NCBI GenBank assembly: GCA_029548865.1
Contig: JAKPMO010000024.1
Location: forward strand, 99,256 to 163,255
DNA: 64,000 bases
Direction: 5' to 3'
Source: Caldisericota bacterium
Lineage (GTDB): Bacteria > Caldisericota > Caldisericia > JAAYUI01
Shown here: positions 18,665 to 28,491 of the stretch, one piece after another
Position numbering within the stretch: position 1 is the stretch's first letter
Layout: every line of letters begins with the position of its first letter
Position numbers and translations under genes: made by a program
The notes under the pieces: generated by a model
Told to the model about the DNA's origin: nothing
The model's input: the letters and a program-made list of their open reading frames with translations, nothing else
Databases searched by the model: none

Positions 18665-18696
18665 AAAAACCCCTGGTTTGTCCAGGGGTTTTTGTT
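18665..18696 (+). terminator. Rho-independent terminator after the transketolase N-subunit gene
   Basis: AAAAACCCCTGG-tttgt-CCAGGGGTTTTTG: GC-rich 7-bp stem followed by a T-run. Confidence 0.7.
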
Positions 18697-18789
18697 GTTT
18701 ACCCCAACAGAACCAGGTTGTCTTCTTTTTAGTATCTGCTAAAATAATTCCAGATATCATTCATGCATGTGCAATGGGGAGGTCATGCG

Positions 18790-21700
18790 ATGAAGACAAA
18801 ATCAGGTTTTATTGTCTTGTTTCTCATCATGGCAATCATTTGCCAACAAACCGTAGTGTTTGCGGAATTTGGGCCTGTAAAAGTGGTGCCAGGGGGCCAA
18901 CCAATGCAGACAACGCAAAGGGCCTGCAGGGCAAACCAGCCAACAGCTTTCAGCATAAATTTCAGGCATACTGAAACAATCAATTTTCACGACTGGATCA
19001 AAGTCTGGTTCCCCGCAAATGAAACATTGTGTAGCATTGAAGATGCCTGCGATGGGATACCAGGAATTAGCGGCACGTTAGAAAACGCCAGATTTATTCC
19101 ATGCAAAGATTATTTTGAAAAATATAAGGATAGTAAAGAATCTGATCTTGGCAAGCTCTATAGGATAACAAACAGCGAAACTGCTGATACAGAATTTTTC
19201 GATTGCGAGAGTAACCAGGAACAGAAATCCGATTGTAAGATGATAAAAGACCCATCAGGATTAGGCTATTGGCTGACTGGAACGGTAATGCCAGCGCTTC
19301 CAAAAAACGACGCAAAAAGGGTGGAAAAACTAGGAAACCTAGATCATAAAATAAGATTGGCCGGCATTGATTGCGGTTGTAGCCCTGTCTATCCTGTTAT
19401 TGTAAACATACCTGAAGAGCGCTCACTCAAAATAACAAGTAGCTTTCAGATTTGGAAGGGGAATGGCCCATTCAGAAACAACGATGATTACATCAATCTT
19501 TTTATCCAAAAGGATGTCGGGATAATTTCGCCAATGAGCCCTGGCAAATACTCTGTAATGGTTGCCACAAAACCAGAGCCGATACCTATTGAATCCGAAA
19601 TGTTTGTTATTCCATGCTCATCAATATCAAAACCGGTGGTTTCATTTGAGACAAGTGATATAGAAAGTGCTTCACAGGTCAAAATCAATTTCAGTACTGG
19701 CGAAGGTGGGGCGCTGGACAAAGGCATTTCAAAAATATGGCTGGAATTTCCAGAAGGGTTTTCGCTCCCCAAAGAAGTATTGCCCCAAAATATGAAAATA
19801 AATGGGAAACCATGTCCTAAAAACACGTCCTTGATTGCGACTGACACTCAAACAATCTCGGTTGTTTTGCCAATAGATATAAACAACTCATCAGAAATCG
19901 AAATCGTCTTTTCAAAACTGGCAGGCATAAGGACACCTGGCAAAAAAGGCACCTATACAATCAACGCCTGGACAGACCCCGAACCAGAAAAAGTCGAATC
20001 GGAACCTTTTTTAATTCAAACCAGAACAAGGGTCGAAGTAGAGCCAAACCTGTACATGCATAATGCCAAGTACCTTGCAGTATTTAACATGGATGACAAT
20101 CAGCAGATACGCCTGAATCAGGAAATAATGATCACTTTTCCAGAAGGAACAATACTTCCGGCAACTGCAAAGCAGGGAACAGTTTTGATCAACGAAATAG
20201 GGTATGCACAATCAATATCCATAGAGAACAAAAAAGTCACAATAAAAGCTCCTTTTGAAATCTCAAAAATGCTCAAAATCGAGTTTTCAAAAGAGTTTGG
20301 GATAAAAAACCCTCCAGAAGGTGAGCATGAGCTGTTTTTTACGATTGGCGGCAAAACAAATTCTTATGGCAAATTTACCATCATCTCAAAACCATTGGTC
20401 TCAGATTTGATTCTTTCAGACTACAAGGCCAAAGAAGTATCAGGGTTTTCATTTAAATATTTTCCTTCAGCAACAGGCAATCTTTCACCAGGAGATATCA
20501 TGACCCTGATTTTTCCTGAGGAATATGCGATTCCAGAAAAAATAGCACCTGAAAACATAAAGATTAAAGGTCATCCATCCAGAAATGTCCTTATACAAAA
20601 AAATGAGATCACTCTGACTCTGAATGACGAAGTAGACCTGGAAGACAATGGCACATTAGTCGAGATCTCAAGTGGCGCTGGAATAACAAACCCCGAGAGG
20701 CGAGGTACTTACAGGATAACTGTAAAAACAAGCAAGGATGAAAAGACTGAATCTAATGAGTATTCGACCAAAGAAGCAAAGTTGCTTACCCAGCTTGTTT
20801 TTGAAGACCCATCTGAACCGGATGGCCTTGAATATGATGGGTGGAAATGGTTCAAGAAACCGCCAAAAGTAAAAATCCTTTCATGGAATCCCGATGCTAC
20901 TGTATATTTCTGGTTTGATAACAACGAAGCCCATAAAACTTCACTTGATGAATATCCAAACATAGATTTTGGAGAATATGTACAACTCCAGTCAACATTT
21001 TCTTATTGCTCAGAGCTCGATGATGAGAAAGAGGAGGCCAAATCTGTTAAATTATGGGTTGACAATATTCTTCCAAAGATTTGGGTACAAAGTCCTGAGA
21101 AAAATATTCTGATTACAAATAAAAAGACAATAACAATAGTCGGGAATCGCGCACCAGGAGAATTAAGAGTATACGGAGACCGGAAGTACACACTCGATGG
21201 TGTTTCAATTAATGGCGAAACAATCCTCCAGCCAGAAATTGTAGAAAAAAACTTGTTAAATTCTGCAAAAATGGAATTTGAAAAACAAATTCTGCTAACA
21301 GAGGGAGACAATAAAATAAAAATAAGAGGTTTTGATTTGGCTGGCAACGAGAAAATAATTACCAAAATAGTCACTCTGGATACTACCTCACCTGAAATAG
21401 AAATTGTGACCCCTAATCCCAAAAAACCACAGAAAATTGGTGAAAGTATTGCCATTCAGATCAAAACCGAGACTGGCGCCCTAGTTTACATCAATGGGCA
21501 ATTGGCGGAAAAAATAAAGGAACTTCCCTGGGGGATAGCTGTTTTTGAGGGAAACTGGAATGTTGTGAAAGGCGAGAACAAGATTGAAATAAACTCCACA
21601 GACATGGCAGGCAATGCCAATACAATATTTCTCACTTTCGAGGGAAGCCTCTACGAAAGTATTATTGAATTCTGGATTGGAAAAACCGAATTTTACGTAA

Positions 21701-22092
21701 ATGGTGAGAAAATGCCAAATCCTTCTTCAGCTCCAACTTGCTCTTCTCCGCCCTTGCCAAAAGATTTCAAGGGAACCGCATTTTTACCAATTCAATATCT
21801 GTTAACTAACGCTCTTTATACCAGTGCTTCCTATGATGGAGACACAAATAAAATTACGATCACACAATCTAGCGAGAACGAAATTATCACAGTTATTGAG
21901 CTGGGCATAGGGGAAAAACAAGCCAAAGTTAATGGGGTGGAAGTATGGATTGACAAGAATAAGATCCTATACCCCATAATCATTTCAGGAAGTGTCTTTT
22001 TCCCTCTCAGATTTATGGCCGAGAACTTGAATTGCGATGTTAAGTATGATCCAAAAACCAAGAAAATTACTCTGGCTTATCCAAAACAATAA
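18790..22092 (+). CDS. Large secreted protein (~1100 aa) with C-terminal copper-amine-oxidase-N-terminal-like (CuAO-N) stalk domain
   Basis: GGAGG RBS then MKTKSGFIVLFLIMAIICQQTVVFA signal peptide. Cys-containing N-region, multiple Ig-like/beta-rich segments. C-terminus (GTAFLPIQYL...ITIT...KVNGVEVW...FFPLRFMAENLNCDVKYD) matches the CuAO-N domain used for cell-envelope attachment in Clostridia. Confidence 0.75.
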   Translation: MKTKSGFIVLFLIMAIICQQTVVFAEFGPVKVVPGGQPMQTTQRACRANQPTAFSINFRHTETINFHDWIKVWFPANETLCSIEDACDGIPGISGTLENARFIPCKDYFEKYKDSKESDLGKLYRITNSETADTEFFDCESNQEQKSDCKMIKDPSGLGYWLTGTVMPALPKNDAKRVEKLGNLDHKIRLAGIDCGCSPVYPVIVNIPEERSLKITSSFQIWKGNGPFRNNDDYINLFIQKDVGIISPMSPGKYSVMVATKPEPIPIESEMFVIPCSSISKPVVSFETSDIESASQVKINFSTGEGGALDKGISKIWLEFPEGFSLPKEVLPQNMKINGKPCPKNTSLIATDTQTISVVLPIDINNSSEIEIVFSKLAGIRTPGKKGTYTINAWTDPEPEKVESEPFLIQTRTRVEVEPNLYMHNAKYLAVFNMDDNQQIRLNQEIMITFPEGTILPATAKQGTVLINEIGYAQSISIENKKVTIKAPFEISKMLKIEFSKEFGIKNPPEGEHELFFTIGGKTNSYGKFTIISKPLVSDLILSDYKAKEVSGFSFKYFPSATGNLSPGDIMTLIFPEEYAIPEKIAPENIKIKGHPSRNVLIQKNEITLTLNDEVDLEDNGTLVEISSGAGITNPERRGTYRITVKTSKDEKTESNEYSTKEAKLLTQLVFEDPSEPDGLEYDGWKWFKKPPKVKILSWNPDATVYFWFDNNEAHKTSLDEYPNIDFGEYVQLQSTFSYCSELDDEKEEAKSVKLWVDNILPKIWVQSPEKNILITNKKTITIVGNRAPGELRVYGDRKYTLDGVSINGETILQPEIVEKNLLNSAKMEFEKQILLTEGDNKIKIRGFDLAGNEKIITKIVTLDTTSPEIEIVTPNPKKPQKIGESIAIQIKTETGALVYINGQLAEKIKELPWGIAVFEGNWNVVKGENKIEINSTDMAGNANTIFLTFEGSLYESIIEFWIGKTEFYVNGEKMPNPSSAPTCSSPPLPKDFKGTAFLPIQYLLTNALYTSASYDGDTNKITITQSSENEIITVIELGIGEKQAKVNGVEVWIDKNKILYPIIISGSVFFPLRFMAENLNCDVKYDPKTKKITLAYPKQ

Positions 22093-22104
22093 ACTTTTCG
22101 AGCA

Positions 22105-25100
22105 TCAATTTGAGCGTTTCAGGTGCTTTTCCTGATACTCCCTGACAACATCCACGGTGGCAGGGGCATTCATGGCTGAAAAAACAAACTCTGCCTCAAA
22201 AAAGAACTTCTCTGCGTCCTCAGCATCATATGGTTTTTTGTGTTTTGAGTTGTTCCTTTCACAATAGGCTTTGCCAAGATTGAATGCTGATAAAGCCATG
22301 TAAATTTTGTTTCCCTTTTGAAGCGCGAGTTCCCTGGCATGAACAAACCATCTGATTGCATGATCAAATTCCCTGAAATCTTTTTCAGCCCTGTAAAGAT
22401 AAACATAACCCGCAACAACTGCATGCTCATATTTTTGGGCGTAGCCACCAAAAAGTCCCTCCTCATCAGTAATCAAATTGGCTATAGAAGGATATTTTGC
22501 AATGATTTTTTTGTAGGAAAGGATTGAAACGCCCCAATATGCACAATCAAGCATATATTCTTCAATGCCCAAATTACATGAAATAGTCCAGGCCTTCGCA
22601 AAATACTCCATTGCGTCATCAAACCTTTTCTGTTTTGAAAGCCAATAACAATAAACCTCGTATGGCAATATTTTGCATGCCTCACATTCCTGGAACTCAG
22701 CAAGTCCTATCAAGCGCTCCGTTCTGGGGCCAGATTTTTCCCAGCCATGCGCCAATGTGATAAAAAGAGATTTGTATACAAGCTTCTCCAATTCAACACG
22801 ACTCACTTCAGCACCATCTGGAATGCTTAATTTATTAACGCTTTCAATCGCTTCGTCGAATTTGCCAAGAGCATAAAATGATTTTGATTTAAGTATGGCA
22901 GATTTGGTTTTGTCCCGGAATGTAAGCAAGCCCTTGTCCATATTACTCAACATTTCAATTGTCTTACCATAATTGCCCATGTTGTACTCGAACAATGCAA
23001 GCTCAATCGCATGCCTCTCCGCAACATCCGGGTTCAATTCGGCAACTTCTGACTCAATTTCTTTTGCCATTTCAGATGCATCATCCATCTTCATGTCTCC
23101 AAGAAGGCATGAAAAAAGAACGGCTTTTCCTTCTGCAACTTTGTCTGGCAAGGAGCATTGAGCGATATAGAGCGCCTCTTTCGCAATGTCTTCGGCTTCT
23201 GAAAAGTTTGAATTCTCTTTCAGGGAGAGCGCCAAGTATTCAAAAACCACAAATCTTTCTGATGGTAGACCCATAAGAGCTGGCGTTTTGGCTTCCTTAG
23301 AGCCGATTTTCTGTAATTCACTGTATTCACCAATCTCAAAAAGAAACTTGAGATAATGAATCAATATTAATGAGTATTCCGTATTTACCCCTATTTTTTT
23401 TGCCTGACCAAGCGCTTCCAAAAATAAAGCTTTTGCCTTCTCAAAATCCCCTTTTGCATAAAAAATATCAGAGAGGACCCTCTTTGCCTTAACATCATAA
23501 ACAGGATTGGATTCGCTCACTCCCACGCTATGTATATAATCAATCCATTCGGAATAGGTTTGGGAGCCAAGTGCAATCAATCTTTTTGCACACTCTTCAG
23601 CCCATATTACCGCTTTGTCTATTTCTCCGGCCATTTTGTAGTGTTTTGCTATCTGGCAGGCAATTTCATCAGTTACTTCATCGCTAAATTCTAGGATCTG
23701 CGCAATCAGTTTGTGTGTTTCGTGCTTTTCTGTATCTGGTATCCTAGATTTTACTGTCTCTTTCATAGATGGATAAGCAAACTCATACGTACTCTTGTAA
23801 AAACCATTCCTTTGCTTTAAAAGTGATGACGATATAAGTTCGTAAAAAGCATTCACGCATTGACGTCTTGTGAGACCAAGCGATTTCATAACAATTTCCA
23901 TTTCAAATGGTTCTTCGAAAAGGCACGCAAACTCAAGGATTTTTATGGATATTTGGGAGAGTGAGGAAAGGTGTTGCGATAAAATTGAGCCGGATACATC
24001 TTCAAAGGAAATAGGCCTTTTATAAACAAGCCTTCCACTATCAAGCGCAAGCATTTTTTGTGAAACAAACGTTCTTATGTTGTTTATCAATAGATAGGGA
24101 ACACCACCGAATCTCTCCCAGAGGTCGTTTAAGAAATCATTTGGCACTTCATGACCTCTTAGCATTGATTCCATCATCATTTTTACATTAGATTTCTTAA
24201 GGTTTTTGAGATCAATAAACCTCAAATCGCTCATTCTATGCAATTTCAATCCAATAGCTGCATTGGATCTAAATGTTGGTTCGAGACACGTAAAAACGAC
24301 TATTATCTTCAATTCTGGATTAGAGGAAAGTTCAAAACATACATCAAGGGTTTCCTTGTCAAGATGCTCTATGTCCTCAAGGATGATAACAATGGGCGCT
24401 TCAAACGATATTGCCTTCAAAAATTTCAAAAAAGCGAAAGAGCATGCGCTCTGATTTGGAAAAGATTGGGCAGATTTTCTTTTTGATTTACACAATTGTT
24501 GGCTGAAAAACCCGAGCTCTTTTGAATTTTGCTCTATTAAATCAGAATATTGGTCCAGATTATAGTGTGCAAGATGAAAAGCAAGCTGTTTGAGACCATC
24601 CATCGGTAATGAGTTTGTCGAACCATGTCCCCTTGCCCTCAAAAGCATTTTCCCTGATAACTGCACTATGGAAGCAAATTCATCAACAAGTCTGGTTTTT
24701 CCAATTCCAAATGGCCCAGCAACACAGACTGTTACTGATTGAGTTTGTGAGCTGTTCCAAGAATCAATAAGGTACTGCATCTCAAACTCACGACCCACCA
24801 TATTGGGTTCACAAAGAACCAGCCCAGCAGGTTTATTACTCTTTTCATCTGTGGTGATTGACTGCATTAATGATAGTAATTCTGAAGCGCTTTGTATCCT
24901 TTCGTTTGGGTCTTTTCTCAAGAGACAAAGAATAACGTTGTCGAGCTCTTCCGGGATATCACCATTAAAATGTGATGGAGGGTCGCAAGAAGCATTTATC
25001 AGTTGATAGGCAATTTTTTTCGGGTCTGGAGAGCCAAAGGGTAGGGATTCCGTCAAAGTGTTATACATCGTTGCACCAAAAGAATATAAATCCGCCCTCA

Positions 25101-25671
25101 TATCAATAGCTCCACCCATCAATTGTTCAGGGGCCATATAGTTAAAGGTACCAACCACCATGCCCGTACTCGTTATGCGCCCATTTACAACATTTTTTGC
25201 CAAACCAAAATCAATGAGTTTTACTCTTATTCCGGTTTTGATATCCGGGGAGTCGAGCACAATAAGATTACCTGGTTTAATGTCTCTGTGCACAACGGAC
25301 CTCGAATGGATGTGCGAAAGTATCCCGGCAACATCATAAAAAATACCCAACGCCTGCTCTATGCCGACGTTATGAAGTTTTGAAAGGGGAGTTCCTTTCA
25401 CATACTCCATTATGTAGTAATAATCTTCGCCTTCTCTACAGCAATCCCATACTTTCGGGATACCTGGATGATCAAGGGAGGCCAAGATGGAAGCTTCTGA
25501 AAGAAATCTGTTTTTCTCAACATTGTCCCAGTCATCATCTTTAAAATGTGAAATTTTAATAATCACATCTTCATTACTCTGAAGATCCAGCGCAGCGAAG
25601 ACTTCACCCATTCCTCCGCTTCCAATTTTTCTAAGTAGTCTATAGCGACCAAAAATCAGCCGTTCTTCCAT
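22105..25671 (-). CDS. Ser/Thr protein kinase fused to STAND/AAA NTPase and TPR repeats (PknK/MalT-like architecture)
   Basis: Hanks kinase motifs (GSGGMGEVF; HRDIKPGNLIV; DFGLAK; APE). After the kinase, Walker A GPFGIGKT and Walker B IVIILEDIEHLD. C-terminal ~600 aa are TPR-like helical repeats. Confidence 0.85.
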   Translation of the reverse strand: MEERLIFGRYRLLRKIGSGGMGEVFAALDLQSNEDVIIKISHFKDDDWDNVEKNRFLSEASILASLDHPGIPKVWDCCREGEDYYYIMEYVKGTPLSKLHNVGIEQALGIFYDVAGILSHIHSRSVVHRDIKPGNLIVLDSPDIKTGIRVKLIDFGLAKNVVNGRITSTGMVVGTFNYMAPEQLMGGAIDMRADLYSFGATMYNTLTESLPFGSPDPKKIAYQLINASCDPPSHFNGDIPEELDNVILCLLRKDPNERIQSASELLSLMQSITTDEKSNKPAGLVLCEPNMVGREFEMQYLIDSWNSSQTQSVTVCVAGPFGIGKTRLVDEFASIVQLSGKMLLRARGHGSTNSLPMDGLKQLAFHLAHYNLDQYSDLIEQNSKELGFFSQQLCKSKRKSAQSFPNQSACSFAFLKFLKAISFEAPIVIILEDIEHLDKETLDVCFELSSNPELKIIVVFTCLEPTFRSNAAIGLKLHRMSDLRFIDLKNLKKSNVKMMMESMLRGHEVPNDFLNDLWERFGGVPYLLINNIRTFVSQKMLALDSGRLVYKRPISFEDVSGSILSQHLSSLSQISIKILEFACLFEEPFEMEIVMKSLGLTRRQCVNAFYELISSSLLKQRNGFYKSTYEFAYPSMKETVKSRIPDTEKHETHKLIAQILEFSDEVTDEIACQIAKHYKMAGEIDKAVIWAEECAKRLIALGSQTYSEWIDYIHSVGVSESNPVYDVKAKRVLSDIFYAKGDFEKAKALFLEALGQAKKIGVNTEYSLILIHYLKFLFEIGEYSELQKIGSKEAKTPALMGLPSERFVVFEYLALSLKENSNFSEAEDIAKEALYIAQCSLPDKVAEGKAVLFSCLLGDMKMDDASEMAKEIESEVAELNPDVAERHAIELALFEYNMGNYGKTIEMLSNMDKGLLTFRDKTKSAILKSKSFYALGKFDEAIESVNKLSIPDGAEVSRVELEKLVYKSLFITLAHGWEKSGPRTERLIGLAEFQECEACKILPYEVYCYWLSKQKRFDDAMEYFAKAWTISCNLGIEEYMLDCAYWGVSILSYKKIIAKYPSIANLITDEEGLFGGYAQKYEHAVVAGYVYLYRAEKDFREFDHAIRWFVHARELALQKGNKIYMALSAFNLGKAYCERNNSKHKKPYDAEDAEKFFFEAEFVFSAMNAPATVDVVREYQEKHLKRSN

Positions 25672-25799
25672 TATGTCTAAATTCTAAAACAACAATGAAA
25701 CCAGTCAATCTTGACATATCAGGAACCTAACCTAACATTTATTTTTTAGTTGCACCTTCTGGTCAATAAAAATTGACCCACAAGCCCAAAGGAGGAATT

Positions 25800-26228
25800 G
25801 TGAAGAATTACGAGCAGATGTTTGTTTTGAATCCAGCTCTCGACGAAGAAGCAGAAAAAGCTCTCGCAGAGAAACTCGCCACGATCGTAACAAATGATGG
25901 TGGTGAAGTGCTGGACCTCAAGAAATGGGGAAAAAGAAGGCTGGCCTATGAGATTAAAGGCCAGACTGAAGGTTCCTACTGGGTCCTCACATTCAAGGCC
26001 CCACCCCAGGTACCGCTTGAGCTGAGAAGGATCGTCAAAATCACTGAAGGTTTCCTCAGAGACATCCTTGTTGACCTTACTGACTCAATCAAGGCCCAGA
26101 AAAATCGCGAAGTGCACATGAAGGCCGCCGAAGCACGCAGGGCAGCCAAGGCACTCGCAAGGGACAGAGAAAGAGAGCAGAAACAGGAAACCGAACAGCA
26201 AGTTGAAGAACCCCCCAAGGAGGCCTGA
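25800..26228 (+). CDS. rpsF: 30S ribosomal protein S6
   Basis: AAAGGAGG RBS 5 nt before GTG. VKNYEQMFVLNPALDEE...RRLAYEIKG is canonical S6. The ORF-track start at 25773 has no RBS. The acidic C-tail is common in S6. Confidence 0.9.
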   Translation: MKNYEQMFVLNPALDEEAEKALAEKLATIVTNDGGEVLDLKKWGKRRLAYEIKGQTEGSYWVLTFKAPPQVPLELRRIVKITEGFLRDILVDLTDSIKAQKNREVHMKAAEARRAAKALARDREREQKQETEQQVEEPPKEA

Positions 26229-26671
26229 TGTACAATAAGGTTCTGCTTATAGGCAACCTTACTGCCGACCCAGAAATCCGTTACACTCCCTCAGGTGCCC
26301 CGGTAACAACAATCAGGCTCGCCTGTACAGAAAAGTACAGGTCAAAAAGCTCTACGGAGCTCAAGGAAGAAACGCTCTTCATAAACTGCATTGTGTGGGG
26401 AAATCAAGCCACATCAGCACACCAGTACCTCAAAAAAGGCAGCAAATGCTTTGTCGAAGGGAAACTGGTCATCAGGGAATATGAAAAAGACGGAATCAGG
26501 CGTTGGGTCACAGAAGTAAGGGTGCAGAACCTTAAATTCCTCGGATCACCAACAAAAGGCACATCATTTGAAAACAAGGGACAACCATCCCAGCAACAAC
26601 ATGCGGCCGAGGCCGAGGAAGACGAATTCATGCCGCCAGATTTCAATGACGAAGACATTCCGTTTTCATGA
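26228..26671 (+). CDS. ssb: Single-stranded DNA-binding protein
   Basis: MYNKVLLIGNLTADPEIRYTPSGAPVT OB-fold N-terminus. Acidic C-terminal tip DIPF. Confidence 0.9.
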   Translation: MYNKVLLIGNLTADPEIRYTPSGAPVTTIRLACTEKYRSKSSTELKEETLFINCIVWGNQATSAHQYLKKGSKCFVEGKLVIREYEKDGIRRWVTEVRVQNLKFLGSPTKGTSFENKGQPSQQQHAAEAEEDEFMPPDFNDEDIPFS

Positions 26672-26689
26672 AGAGAGGAGAACTGAAAA

Positions 26690-26962
26690 ATGGATAAAAT
26701 GATGGATGACGATCGCAAAGGCAGAAGAATGGGAAAGGGACGCAAGTTCAGCAAACCCAGAAGAAAAGTCTGCATCTACTGCGCTGACCATAATGACTAT
26801 GTTGACTATAAGGATGTGGCCAGACTTCAAAAATATGTTACCGACACTGGTAAAATCCTTCCAAGGCGTGCCACAGGCATGTGCGCAAAACACCAGAGGA
26901 GACTCTGCACGGCAATAAAGAGGGCAAGAGAAATAGCCCTTCTACCATTTTCTGCGAGGTAG
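26690..26962 (+). CDS. rpsR: 30S ribosomal protein S18
   Basis: RRKVCIYC...[31 protein letters not shown] is the S18 signature. Confidence 0.9.
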   Translation: MDKMMDDDRKGRRMGKGRKFSKPRRKVCIYCADHNDYVDYKDVARLQKYVTDTGKILPRRATGMCAKHQRRLCTAIKRAREIALLPFSAR

Positions 26963-26968
26963 CTTCGG

Positions 26969-27427
26969 ATGAAAACAAAAGTCATACTTCTTGCAGATGT
27001 ACCAGGTGTTGGTAAAAAAGGTACAGTAGCAGAGGTTGCATCAGGTTACGCAAGAAACTACCTTGTTAAAAACAGTCTTGCACAGATAGCAACCACATCT
27101 TCAATTTCCAACCTTGCATACAATGTTGAGCAAGCAGACAAAAAATCTGCAAAAGCCAAAGCAAGGGCAGAAGAGATAAAGCAGAAGATTGAGGAAAAGA
27201 CAATAACAATTTCGGCAAAAGCGGGCCCAAGTGGAACATTATTCGGTTCAATAACCGCAGACATGATCTCAAAAGCCATGAAGCGCGACCTCAATATCGT
27301 AATGGACAAAAAATCCGTAGATCTTGATGAACCAATCAAAAGCACTGGAATCCATACAATTCCGGTGAAGCTCCATCACGAAGTTGTCGCCGAGCTGAAG
27401 CTCGAAATAGTACCTCAGTCCAAGTAA
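26969..27427 (+). CDS. rplI: 50S ribosomal protein L9
   Basis: MKTKVILLADVPGVGKKGTVAEVASGYARNYL is a canonical L9 N-domain. 152 aa. Confidence 0.9.
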   Translation: MKTKVILLADVPGVGKKGTVAEVASGYARNYLVKNSLAQIATTSSISNLAYNVEQADKKSAKAKARAEEIKQKIEEKTITISAKAGPSGTLFGSITADMISKAMKRDLNIVMDKKSVDLDEPIKSTGIHTIPVKLHHEVVAELKLEIVPQSK

Positions 27428-28491
27428 GGAATCTTCCAGGCGCCGATGATGCCAGATTCAGTTATATACCCGGTCACAAGATCAAAGGGTGCAACATCAA
27501 AGGCCGGGTTAAAAACTGAAATGCCGTCCGGCGCCATTTTTATTCCATTAAAGACAACCAGCTCTTCAGCTGGTCTTTCTTCTATCGGTATTTCTTTCCC
27601 ACTCTCAATCGTCAGATCAAACGTGGAACGCGGCGCAGCCACATAGAACGGTATGTCATATTGGTGGGCGGAAATCGCAAGTTGTAAAGTTCCAATTTTA
27701 TTTGCCACATCACCATTTCTTGCAATCCTGTCTGCTCCAACAATTATCAAATCAACCATTCTCTTGCTCATAAGAAGAGATGCTGCCATATCTGGTATCA
27801 GTGTGTCAGGAACACCAGCACTGACAAGCTCAAAACTTGTGAGTCTTGAACCCTGGAGATATGGCCTGGTTTCAGTATTAAAAACAGATACTTCTTTGCC
27901 ATCGATCAGCTTCGCCCATACGATACAACCCAGTGCCGTACCAAATCCTCCTGCGGCAAGCGACCCGGAATTGCAATGGGTGAGAATTCTCATTCCAGGT
28001 TTGATGAGCGTTGAGGCATTCTTGGCAATCAGAAAGCTCTTCTCGTGGTCCTCAACTTCAATTTTCTTGGCTTCCTCAATTGCTTTTGTAAGGTCGCTTC
28101 TTGCAATTCCCAATATTCTATCAACTGCCCACGGGAGATTTACTGCAGTTGGTCTTGCTTTTTTTAGTTCAATGGCGGCTTTTTCAATGTTCCCTGGGTC
28201 TTTCATGACTGCCAGTGCCATTCCATAGGCACCTGCTATCCCTATCATGGGAGCACCCCTGACCATCATATTTTTTATCGCAAGTGCAACTTCTTCCCAA
28301 TTATCAACGTTAACGTAGACAATTTTGCCAGGCAAAGCGCGCTGGTCCAATATTTTCAAGATACTGTCTTCAAAGACCAACGGCCTTGGAATTTTTGACT
28401 GAGCAAGAAGCCATGAAAGTTCTTCCCTTGAAAATGCTGATTCTTCTTCCATAATCTTGACCTCCTTCTTATCAGATGGTCGATACACCAA
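27415..28491 (-). CDS. mtnA: S-methyl-5-thioribose-1-phosphate isomerase (eIF2B-like family)
   Basis: WEEVALAIKNMMVRGAPMIGIAGAYGMALA plus C-terminal GADRIARNGDVANKIGT. Start uncertain (MEEES at ~28452 also possible). Confidence 0.8.
   Translation of the reverse strand: MVYRPSDKKEVKIMEEESAFSREELSWLLAQSKIPRPLVFEDSILKILDQRALPGKIVYVNVDNWEEVALAIKNMMVRGAPMIGIAGAYGMALAVMKDPGNIEKAAIELKKARPTAVNLPWAVDRILGIARSDLTKAIEEAKKIEVEDHEKSFLIAKNASTLIKPGMRILTHCNSGSLAAGGFGTALGCIVWAKLIDGKEVSVFNTETRPYLQGSRLTSFELVSAGVPDTLIPDMAASLLMSKRMVDLIIVGADRIARNGDVANKIGTLQLAISAHQYDIPFYVAAPRSTFDLTIESGKEIPIEERPAEELVVFNGIKMAPDGISVFNPAFDVAPFDLVTGYITESGIIGAWKIPYLD

Noticed and set aside
25711-25739. Possible sigma-70 promoter (TTGACA ... 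TAACAT) upstream of rpsF
   Set aside because: The -35 is perfect but the -10 is weak and the spacing ambiguous. Not reported as a feature, though a promoter for the rpsF-ssb-rpsR-rplI operon must lie in 25672..25799.
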